In this document: positions 55,989-64,000 of the stretch, piece after piece | Layout: each line of letters opens with the position of its first letter | How positions within the stretch are numbered: the first letter of the stretch is position 1 | Assembly (NCBI GenBank): GCA_964515005.1 | Contig: CAZEVT010000004.1 | Location: 4,302 to 68,301, forward strand | Source: an uncultured Gammaproteobacteria bacterium | Lineage (GTDB): Bacteria; Patescibacteriota; Microgenomatia; UBA10105; UBA927 | DNA length: 64,000 nucleotides | Reading direction: 5' to 3' | Translations under genes and position numbers: made by a program | The notes under the pieces: model-generated | The model's input: only the letters and a program-made list of their open reading frames with translations | What the model was told of the DNA's origin: nothing | Database searches by the model: none

Positions 55989-57417
55989 TATAGCGAGCAT
56001 CAAACGAAAGTCGCTCTCGGGCGTTGTTGCGTTAACCTCACGGACGTTTATCCTGCAGCTTATTGCGTTTGCGGCGACCTTCCTCCTTACCATATTCTTA
56101 AGCCCGGAGATTTTCGGCATTTTTTATGTCGTGTCCGCGGTTATTAGTTTCTTGGGATACTTTGCCGATATAGGCCTGGCCGCCGCCCTCATTCAAAAAA
56201 AGGACGCGCTCACCCAGGAGGATCTGTCGACGACATTCAGTATTCAGCAGATGCTCGTCGGGTCGATAGTGGTCATTGCGTTTATATTTTCAAGCAGCAT
56301 TGCGGTATTTTACCGCCTCGACAGCGCGGGGCTTTGGCTTTTTCGGGCACTCGTCCTTTCGTTTTTCCTGTCTTCTCTCAAAACCATTCCCTCGATACTC
56401 TTGGAGCGTAAGCTTGAATTTAATAAGCTGATTATTCCCCAAATTCTGGAAACGCTGGGTTTTTATATCGTCGCCGTGATGCTGGCTTGGCAGGGATACG
56501 GTGTGATGAGCTTTGCATGGGCGGTACTTGTTCGGGCAGTCATTGGGCTCGTTGCCATGTACGTGGTTTCGCCCTGGAGGGTGTCGCTTGCCTTATCCCG
56601 AGACGTCGCCCACAAGCTTATGAAGTTTGGCATACCGTTCCAATTCAACTCGTTTATCGCGCTTCTTAAAGACGACCTTCTCACCGTATTTTTGGGAAAA
56701 GTCCTCCCGTTTGCCGAAGTTGGGTACATCGGGTGGGCCAAAAAATGGGCAGAGGTGCCCTTGAGGTTGATTATGGACAGCGTCATCCGCGTCACATTCC
56801 CGGCGTTTTCGCGCTTACAGGCCTCCCCCGAACACCTAAGGAAGGCGATAGAAAAAACGCTCTTTGGGCTTTCGCTGACGATGTTCCCGATATCCGTGGG
56901 GCTGTTGTTTTTTGTTGAGCCTTTGATCGGTATTATCCCCAAATACTCCAAATGGGAGCCGGCCATTATGGCATTTTATCTTTTGACCGTGACGGCACTA
57001 TTTGCGGGGCTTACGACGCCCCTTACCAACGCACTAAATGCGATAGGGAAAATTAAGGTAACGCTGGGCCTCATGGTGATGTGGACCGCCCTCACCTGGG
57101 CCCTTACCCTCACCTTTGTTCGCCTGTATGGCTTTAACGGAGTGCCGATGGCATTTTTGGCTGTCTCCACAACCATTGTGGTCGTGATTTTCCTCGTGAA
57201 ACGCGAGGTAGATTTCGCGTTTTGGAAAAGCGTTTTTGCCGCGTGTGTGGGGGCTATTCTGCAGGCTCTGTGGTATGCCGGGATTCTCCGCGTCGTCCCG
57301 CACTCGGCCGTCGGGCTTATCGTCGCAGGCACGACCGGTGGTATACTGTACCTGGGTGTGGTCCTCACGCTTGAAAAGAAACGGATTACGGACACCGTAA
57401 GGAGTTTTAGGTCATGA
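55975..57417 (+). CDS. Wzx-like oligosaccharide flippase (MOP superfamily)
   Basis: 480 aa, about 12-14 TM helices, polysaccharide-biosynthesis-protein N-terminal pattern. Confidence 0.75.
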   Translation: MEEIDIASIKRKSLSGVVALTSRTFILQLIAFAATFLLTIFLSPEIFGIFYVVSAVISFLGYFADIGLAAALIQKKDALTQEDLSTTFSIQQMLVGSIVVIAFIFSSSIAVFYRLDSAGLWLFRALVLSFFLSSLKTIPSILLERKLEFNKLIIPQILETLGFYIVAVMLAWQGYGVMSFAWAVLVRAVIGLVAMYVVSPWRVSLALSRDVAHKLMKFGIPFQFNSFIALLKDDLLTVFLGKVLPFAEVGYIGWAKKWAEVPLRLIMDSVIRVTFPAFSRLQASPEHLRKAIEKTLFGLSLTMFPISVGLLFFVEPLIGIIPKYSKWEPAIMAFYLLTVTALFAGLTTPLTNALNAIGKIKVTLGLMVMWTALTWALTLTFVRLYGFNGVPMAFLAVSTTIVVVIFLVKREVDFAFWKSVFAACVGAILQALWYAGILRVVPHSAVGLIVAGTTGGILYLGVVLTLEKKRITDTVRSFRS

Positions 57418-58313
57418 AACAAACACTTTCAGTTGTCGTGTCGGCCTATAACGAGCAAAAGTCACTCGGAAGATGTTTATCGTCCGTGTCTTTTGCTGAT
57501 GAGATCATTGTTGTCGATAATGAGTCGGAGGATACAACAGTGGAGGTTGCCAAAAAGCACACCAAAAACGTGTATTCGCAAAAGAATATCCTCATGCTCA
57601 ATACGAACAAAAATTACGGGTTTAGTAAGGCAACCGGCGATTGGATACTCAATCTCGATGCCGATGAGGAGATTCCGAAGGAGCTTTCCCGCGAAATCCA
57701 ATCGCATATGAAGTCCAGTCCAAAAGAAAACGGATTTTGGATCAAAAGAAAGAATATTATTTTCGGCAAATGGGTGCGGAACGGGCTATGGTGGCCGGAC
57801 AAACAGGTACGTCTCTTTCGGCGAGGCAAGGGAAAGTTTCCGTGCGTGCATATCCACGAATACATCGCTGTTGATGGGCAAGTGGGTGAGCTAACCGAAC
57901 CCTACACCCATTACAATTACGAATCCGTAAGCCAATATTTGCGGACCATAGACCGGGCTTCAACCAGCGAAGCGTTGTCTTTGAAAGATATGAATCACCA
58001 GTTCGTTTGGTACGATGCCCTACGGTTTCCGCTTTCTGATTTTTTGAAGATATATTTTGCCCAAGCCGGATACAAAGACGGGCTTCATGGGCTGGTACTC
58101 GCGCTTTTCCAGGCGTTTTACTCATTTACCGTGTTTGCTAAATACTGGGAAATGCACAAATTTGAAGAGCGGGAGCTTACATTGAGCGCCGCCACGGACG
58201 AACTTACCCGCGGGGCGAAAGAGACAAAATACTGGATGGTATCCGCAAAAATTGCCGAAACCCCCGGAATATTGGGAAAAATTCTATGGAAAATACGGCG
58301 AAAGTTTTTGTAA
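57414..58313 (+). CDS. GT2 glycosyltransferase
   Basis: LSVVVSAYNEQKSL...IIVVDNESEDTT...LNLDADEE. Confidence 0.85.
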   Translation: MKQTLSVVVSAYNEQKSLGRCLSSVSFADEIIVVDNESEDTTVEVAKKHTKNVYSQKNILMLNTNKNYGFSKATGDWILNLDADEEIPKELSREIQSHMKSSPKENGFWIKRKNIIFGKWVRNGLWWPDKQVRLFRRGKGKFPCVHIHEYIAVDGQVGELTEPYTHYNYESVSQYLRTIDRASTSEALSLKDMNHQFVWYDALRFPLSDFLKIYFAQAGYKDGLHGLVLALFQAFYSFTVFAKYWEMHKFEERELTLSAATDELTRGAKETKYWMVSAKIAETPGILGKILWKIRRKFL

Positions 58314-59206
58314 TCATTGTCAACTGGAATGGAAAAAAAGATACGCAGGCTTGTTTGTCTTCACTTGCCAAAGTAAACAGTGCCCTCGTTGACCTGCACA
58401 TTGTGGTTGTCGACAACGGCTCCAAAGACGATTCTGTGTCCTATCTCAAAAAGAAATTCCCTCAAGCTACCGTATTGGAAACCGGTAAAAACCTAGGATT
58501 TACCGGAGGCAACAACGTGGGAATTCGTCACGCAATCTCCCGTGGGGCGGATTTCGTTTGGCTTCTCAACAATGACACCATTGTTGCCGACCGCGTGCTG
58601 TCTCTGGTCAAAGCGTTTGATGATCCCACGGTAGGAATCTGCGGCAGCAAAATCTATTTTGCTCCGGGGCACGAATTTCATCACGACCGCTATAAGGAGA
58701 GTGAACGCGGGAAAGTATTTTGGTATGCGGGCGGTATTGTCGACTGGAACAATATGTACGCATCGCACCGGGGAGTTGATGAGGTAGATCACGGACAATA
58801 TAACAAAACAGAGGAAACCCCCTTTATCAGCGGATGTTCTTTCATGATCAGGCGATCTGTTATAGAGAAAATCGGAGTATTGGACGATCGATTTTTTGCA
58901 TATCTTGAAGATTTGGATTATTGCCTGCGGGCTAAAAAAGCGGGATTCAAGCTTTTGTACGTACCCACCTCTGTTCTCTGGCATGTGAATGCGGGATCGT
59001 CCGGAAGGCCCGGGAATCCCCTCCATGAATACTATTTCACCCGCAACCGGCTACTTCTCGGATTTCGGTATGCGGCGACGCGAACGAAATTTGCGCTCCT
59101 CCGGGAGGCGTTCAGGTTTCTCGTGAGCGGCTCCCCGGTTCGCAGAAAGGCCGTTATGGATGCATTTACCGGAAGGTTTGGAAATAGATTTTCCTTGAAG
59201 CCATGA
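58286..59206 (+). CDS. GT2 glycosyltransferase
   Basis: VIIVNWNGKKDT...VVVDNGSKDDS...LNNDT. Confidence 0.85.
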   Translation: MENTAKVFVIIVNWNGKKDTQACLSSLAKVNSALVDLHIVVVDNGSKDDSVSYLKKKFPQATVLETGKNLGFTGGNNVGIRHAISRGADFVWLLNNDTIVADRVLSLVKAFDDPTVGICGSKIYFAPGHEFHHDRYKESERGKVFWYAGGIVDWNNMYASHRGVDEVDHGQYNKTEETPFISGCSFMIRRSVIEKIGVLDDRFFAYLEDLDYCLRAKKAGFKLLYVPTSVLWHVNAGSSGRPGNPLHEYYFTRNRLLLGFRYAATRTKFALLREAFRFLVSGSPVRRKAVMDAFTGRFGNRFSLKP

Positions 59207-59955
59207 AACACGTGCTTTCCGTCATCATCATTGCGAAAAACGAAGAAGCGCGGATTGTCGATTGCCTCGGCTTCCTCTCATTTGCCGATGAAATAATACT
59301 TGTTGATAACGGGTCGACCGACAAAACCATGACCATCGCGCGCACGCACGGCGCCAAGATTTTTGAGGCCGGGGAAAAAGATTTTGCGAGCGTCCGGGAA
59401 TTAGGACTGCGAGAGGCAACAGGCAAATGGGTTCTCTATATAGATGCCGACGAGGAAGTGGGAGAAGCGCTCCAAAAAGAAATTCGCAAGGCGATAAGGT
59501 CTCACCAAATCGGAGGTCCGTCCGCATACCTTATAAAGCGCGATACGTACTATTTAGGATACCACTGGCCGTATCAGGATACAGTTGAACGGCTGTTTTT
59601 GAAATCAGCGCTGAAAGGGTGGCACGGAAAACTACACGAAACACCGGTTTTTGTCGGAAAATCAGCAGTTTTAAGGCACCCGCTTGTCCATCGGACCCAC
59701 CGCACACTAGAGGAGATGCTAGTCAAAACCAATGACTGGTCGGAGATTGAAGCGGCGTTGCGCTTCGATGCCCATCATCCACCGATGGTGTGGTGGAGGT
59801 TTCTTCGTGTGATGTTTACCGGGTTTATCCGTTCTTACGTCGATCAACGCGGGTGGCGCGCCGGGATAGTCGGTTGGATCGAGAGTATTTATCAGGCATT
59901 CAGCATGTTTGTGACGTACGCAAAACTGTGGGAAATGCAACAGCGTAAAAAATGA
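59203..59955 (+). CDS. GT2 glycosyltransferase (paralog of 57414..58313)
   Basis: LSVIIIAKNEEARI...ILVDNGSTDKT...YIDADEE. Confidence 0.85.
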   Translation: MKHVLSVIIIAKNEEARIVDCLGFLSFADEIILVDNGSTDKTMTIARTHGAKIFEAGEKDFASVRELGLREATGKWVLYIDADEEVGEALQKEIRKAIRSHQIGGPSAYLIKRDTYYLGYHWPYQDTVERLFLKSALKGWHGKLHETPVFVGKSAVLRHPLVHRTHRTLEEMLVKTNDWSEIEAALRFDAHHPPMVWWRFLRVMFTGFIRSYVDQRGWRAGIVGWIESIYQAFSMFVTYAKLWEMQQRKK

Positions 59956-62237
59956 AATCATTTATTCACAAATACTGGCCGCAGGTTGTCATCGTATCCT
60001 TGTGGCTTATATTTTCTTTTCCGTATGTTGCGCGCGGGCTGATTCCGTTTCCGTCGGACTATCTGGTGACTTTTTTTCCTCCATGGAGCGCCGAGTACGG
60101 CATGCCGGTAAAAAATAACGCGATACCGGATGTCATTACCCAGATATACCCCTGGAAAAAGTTAACCATCGATACGTGGAAATCCGGGCAGGTGCCCTTA
60201 TGGAACCCGTATAGTTTTGCAGGCACTCCTCACGCCGGCAATTACCAGAGCGCGGTTTTTTCACCCCTGAATCTTCTGTTTTTTATCCTGCCCTTTATTG
60301 ACGCATGGGCTATTTTTATTTTGCTTCAACCGCTTCTGGCGGGAGTATTCATGTATATGTTTGTTCGCAGTCTTGACCGGTCGCGGGCGGCCGCGCTTCT
60401 TTCAGCAACAGCATTCATGTTCTGCGGATTTATCGTTTCTTGGATGGCATACGGGACGCTGGGGTACGCCGCGCTCTTCCTGCCATTAATTTTTTGGGGC
60501 ATAAACAAAAAGAAGGGGCTCGCAATAAGTCTGGGTGTCGCGTTATCATTTGTGTCCGGGCATTTTCAAGTGAGTACGTATGTGCTCGCTGCTGCGGCGT
60601 TTTATAGTATTTGGAAGAGAGAGTGGAAGGCCTGTATATACCTTGCTCTTGGTGTTTTTATTGCCGCACCGCAAATATTTCTTGGTTTTAAGTCATTTTT
60701 ACTCTCAACAAGAGGAGAGACCGTATTGAAAGGTGAAGTTATCCCGTGGGCGTACCTTCTTACCCTGATCGCCCCTGATTTTTTCGGCAATCCGGTGACG
60801 AGAAACGACTGGTTTGGTCACTACGCCGAGTGGGGAGGATTTGTGGGGGTTGTTCCGTTTCTTTTAGCTGTCTTCGCCGGAGTCCGGAGAAAGACACCCG
60901 CGACATGGTTTTTTGTTGCGCTTGCCGTCCTCGCGTTTGCCTTTGCACTACCAACGCCGTTTAATAGTCTTCTGTATATTCTCAAAGTACCGGTTCTTTC
61001 AGGCAGCGCCGCGTCACGAATTATTATCCTTGCTAGCTTCGCGATCGCCGTTCTTTCTGGATTCGGTCTTGACCACTTGGTGCGTGATTGGAAAGACAAT
61101 AAGCGGAAACAGATTATTTGGTTTGCGGTAGCGTGTTTTGCTTTCGGCGCCACAGCGTGGGCAATTTTATTATTCGGCAATCCCTTGCCTATCGACAAGC
61201 TCGCCATTGCGAAGCGGAATTTTGTCTTGCCAAGCGCCCTTATTGTTGCCGGATCGGTCTTTTTTGTCTTGGGACTAGTTCGTCGCAAATGGCTGCAGGC
61301 ATTGGTTATATGTTTGATTCTTGGTGCGTCTGCTTTTGATGGGCTTCGTTTTGCAATAAAATGGATGCCGTTTGAATCTCGGCAATACGTCTATCCAGAA
61401 GTGAAATCTTTGGAATTCTTACAATCAAAAGTAGGCAGCGACCGGGTGTTTGGCAACATGGGGGCAGGCGAAGTAGGGGTCGAGTCCCGCATTCCCCTTA
61501 TTGAGGGCTACGATGCGGTGTACCCGGCACGGTACGGGGAATTTATAAGCGCTGTATCGAAAGGTTCCGTGAATCCCGGCGAACGATCGGTTGTGCAATT
61601 TGATAAATATGGGGTACACAAAACAGAGGCGCTCCAGCTTCTCGGGGTGCGATATATATATCATAGACTAAGCGACGCAAGGAACGTCTGGGCATTTCCG
61701 TATTGGGAATATGTTACAGATGGAAGCATGCGTCAGATCTACAGTGATGAAAAGTATTGGATATATGAATATACCCAAGTCTACCCGCGGGCATTTTTGG
61801 CATCAGTCTATACCGTAGCCACGGATCCACAGGAGACCGTATCGAAATTATTTGCGGAAGGTTTTGACCGGCGAAATACACTGGTTCTTGAGGAAAAGCC
61901 TTCGCTTGAACCACAACCTGCCTCGCCGGCAGGCGGGGAGGGTTCCGCGTCAGCAACTATTGTATCCTACACACCAAACAAGGTGGTTATCGAAACAAAT
62001 TCGGAAGTTGCGAAATTACTGTTTCTCTCCGACACATTTGATACCGGTTGGAAAGCGACGGTGGATGGAGTTCCTACGAACGTCTATCGGGCGGACTATG
62101 ATTTCCGCGCCGTTCCCGTGCCGGCGGGCGCCCACACGGTCATATTTACCTATACACCTGACGAATTCCGCTGGGGTATAATGCTAGCTATTGTCGGGGT
62201 TGTAACGCTTGGGTATTTGTTAAAACAGAAAAAATGA
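59952..62237 (+). CDS. YfhO-family polytopic membrane protein
   Basis: 761 aa; N-terminus alignable with 25088..27448(-) and 63253.. Confidence 0.7.
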   Translation: MKSFIHKYWPQVVIVSLWLIFSFPYVARGLIPFPSDYLVTFFPPWSAEYGMPVKNNAIPDVITQIYPWKKLTIDTWKSGQVPLWNPYSFAGTPHAGNYQSAVFSPLNLLFFILPFIDAWAIFILLQPLLAGVFMYMFVRSLDRSRAAALLSATAFMFCGFIVSWMAYGTLGYAALFLPLIFWGINKKKGLAISLGVALSFVSGHFQVSTYVLAAAAFYSIWKREWKACIYLALGVFIAAPQIFLGFKSFLLSTRGETVLKGEVIPWAYLLTLIAPDFFGNPVTRNDWFGHYAEWGGFVGVVPFLLAVFAGVRRKTPATWFFVALAVLAFAFALPTPFNSLLYILKVPVLSGSAASRIIILASFAIAVLSGFGLDHLVRDWKDNKRKQIIWFAVACFAFGATAWAILLFGNPLPIDKLAIAKRNFVLPSALIVAGSVFFVLGLVRRKWLQALVICLILGASAFDGLRFAIKWMPFESRQYVYPEVKSLEFLQSKVGSDRVFGNMGAGEVGVESRIPLIEGYDAVYPARYGEFISAVSKGSVNPGERSVVQFDKYGVHKTEALQLLGVRYIYHRLSDARNVWAFPYWEYVTDGSMRQIYSDEKYWIYEYTQVYPRAFLASVYTVATDPQETVSKLFAEGFDRRNTLVLEEKPSLEPQPASPAGGEGSASATIVSYTPNKVVIETNSEVAKLLFLSDTFDTGWKATVDGVPTNVYRADYDFRAVPVPAGAHTVIFTYTPDEFRWGIMLAIVGVVTLGYLLKQKK

Positions 62238-63256
62238 AGATAGGTTTTTCCAGCCCGTATTTTGACAGCCTTTCCGGTGGGGAGCGCTATGCCTTGACGC
62301 TCGCCTCGCACTGGTCAAAGAGCCACAAAGTCTCGCTCTTTTGGGATGAGCCGGGAGTACTTCGCAAAGCCGAGTCGCGGTTCAATATCGACCTTTCGGC
62401 AGTCCGGACGGTCGAGAACGTGTTCAAAACCCGTAACGTATTTAAGAAAATGATGGTCAGCCGCGGGTACGATTGTATTTTTTTTCTCACCGACGGCAGC
62501 ATTCCGACCACATTTTGCAGGCATAACATTCTACATTTTCAGGTACCGTTTCAGCACATTCCCGTACACCCCATAAAACTGAGCCGATTTCAGGCAATTG
62601 TATGCAATTCAGATTTTACGAAACGAAATATAACCGCGCGACTGGGGAGACGTGCAATCGTGATCTATCCGCCGGTTACTCCCATTAAACCCGCCAGAGT
62701 GGCGAAGAAAAAAATGATTCTATCCGTCGGGAGGCTTCATCCTCTCAAGAAGCATGACGTGCTCGTTGAAGCATTCGGCAAGGGAAAGTTTGAGGGCTAT
62801 GAATTAGTGTTGACCGGAGGGCTTTTACCTGCGGACGCAGCATACGTGAAGCGGCTCATGCGGCTCGCATCGGGACTCCCAGTGCGACTACTTCCAAATA
62901 TATCTTTTGATAAATTAAGTCTTCTCTACAACCATTCATCCATCTATTGGCACGCGGCAGGGTTTGGAGAAACAAATCCGGAAAATATGGAACATTTTGG
63001 TATTTCAACCGTTGAGGCCATGTCAGCAGGCAGCATACCGGTTGTGTTTGACGGTGGAGGATTACCCGAGATAGTACGCGAGGGGGAAGAAGGATACCTT
63101 TGGAAAAATGCCGATGAGTTATGCCGTAAAACAAAACAAATTATGGCAGGAGGCACCAGCAAATTTACAAAAAGCGCAGTAGTCAGATCACAACAATTTT
63201 CTGTACAAAAATTTACGCAATCATTTGATGCATTACTTGCAGATATTGCAGGATGA
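62234..63256 (+). CDS. GT4 glycosyltransferase
   Basis: C-terminal EAMSAGSIPVVFDGGGLPEIV (GT-B EX7E-like region). Confidence 0.8.
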   Translation: MKIGFSSPYFDSLSGGERYALTLASHWSKSHKVSLFWDEPGVLRKAESRFNIDLSAVRTVENVFKTRNVFKKMMVSRGYDCIFFLTDGSIPTTFCRHNILHFQVPFQHIPVHPIKLSRFQAIVCNSDFTKRNITARLGRRAIVIYPPVTPIKPARVAKKKMILSVGRLHPLKKHDVLVEAFGKGKFEGYELVLTGGLLPADAAYVKRLMRLASGLPVRLLPNISFDKLSLLYNHSSIYWHAAGFGETNPENMEHFGISTVEAMSAGSIPVVFDGGGLPEIVREGEEGYLWKNADELCRKTKQIMAGGTSKFTKSAVVRSQQFSVQKFTQSFDALLADIAG

Positions 63257-64000
63257 AAAAATTATTACCAATCATAGTAATTATTGCAGCCTGCGCGATA
63301 TTTTTTAGCCCGACATTACGGCAAGGCAAAATTCCGGTGCCGACCGATACCCTGATCGGGTTGTATCATCCGTGGCTTGATCAGGCGGCGACAACCAATC
63401 CCGCGGGCGTGCCGTTTAAAAACTTTCTCATCACGGACCCCATTCGCCAGCAGATTCCGTGGCGAAAGCTCGTTATTGATCAATGGAGAGAGGGTACGTT
63501 TCCGTCCTGGAATCCGTATAATTTTTCAGGGACTCCGCTCGGGGCCAATATTCAGGCGGGATCCTTTTATCCTCTGAATATATTGTTTTTCTTTTTGCCA
63601 TTTTCCGTGGCCTGGACAATTCTTATCATCGCCCAGCCAGTACTGGCTGCGTTATTTCTCTATCTATATCTACGAAGCAAGAAAATTCTCCCAGCTGTCG
63701 CGGTTTTTGGCGGTATCGTATGGGCGTTTTGCGGTTTTGCGATCGCATGGCTTACGTGGGGAACCATCGTGCAAACCGCCCTCTGGCTGCCGCTCATCTT
63801 ACTTTCGATAGATCGGCGGTCCTATATTCTATTGCTATTATCTTCCGTTTTTGCGCTCTTTGCCGGACATGCACAAGTTGCCTTATATATTTTTGCTTTC
63901 GCCGGAATATATAGCTTGTGGAAACGTTCGTGGTGGGTTATTGCCGCCGCAGCAGTTGTCGCTCTTATTACGTCGATTCAATGGGTCCCAATGCTTACCT
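63253..64000 (+). CDS. YfhO-family membrane protein, 5' part (runs off the window)
   Basis: MKKLLPIIVIIAACAIFF...WRKLVIDQWREGTFPSWNPYNFSGTP parallels the N-terminus of 59952..62237; ATGA overlap with the GT4 gene. Confidence 0.65.
   Translation, partial: MKKLLPIIVIIAACAIFFSPTLRQGKIPVPTDTLIGLYHPWLDQAATTNPAGVPFKNFLITDPIRQQIPWRKLVIDQWREGTFPSWNPYNFSGTPLGANIQAGSFYPLNILFFFLPFSVAWTILIIAQPVLAALFLYLYLRSKKILPAVAVFGGIVWAFCGFAIAWLTWGTIVQTALWLPLILLSIDRRSYILLLLSSVFALFAGHAQVALYIFAFAGIYSLWKRSWWVIAAAAVVALITSIQWVPMLT

Overview
The window is 64 kb of a small-genome bacterium. Gene content and style suggest a Candidate Phyla Radiation / Patescibacteria-type organism, but this is inference. Supporting it: densely packed, frequently overlapping genes (ATGA-type overlaps); a DUF2207 protein; several YfhO-like and GT39/ArnT-like membrane glycosyltransferases; a truncated TsaB; and RF2 encoded without the programmed frameshift. 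Standard genetic code appears to be used, since RF2 is present and TGA serves as a stop. Recognisable housekeeping genes on the + strand are greA, lysS, rdgB, serS, a spermidine-synthase-like gene, secA, prfB, ftsE-ftsX with an EnvC-like M23 peptidase, tsaE-tsaC-tsaB(short), and rmlA-C-B-D with ugd. On the - strand are ruvC and a tRNA-Glu(CUC). From 40.4 kb to the end of the window lies a long surface-glycan or protein-glycosylation locus (GT2, GT4 and GT39 transferases, a Wzx flippase, YfhO-like proteins). The accessory part is 3.3-10.3 kb. It holds an AT-rich island with a radC-like/mazG-like/PD-(D/E)xK+DUF2075 ATPase/HNH operon and a tandem array of four sigma70-region-4-like mini-HTH proteins plus a membrane-anchored relative. 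Next to it are a Cas4/RecB-like nuclease, a Bro-N protein, a receiver-domain gene fragment and a 28-bp direct repeat. The most striking non-coding signal is a conserved ~65-nt element present three times (1523-1590, 2840-2904, 29427-29494). Each copy lies immediately upstream of a + strand gene for an extracytoplasmic protein. The closing helix covaries completely between copies, which points to an uncharacterised structured cis-regulatory RNA. No CRISPR array, rRNA or obvious transposase was seen.
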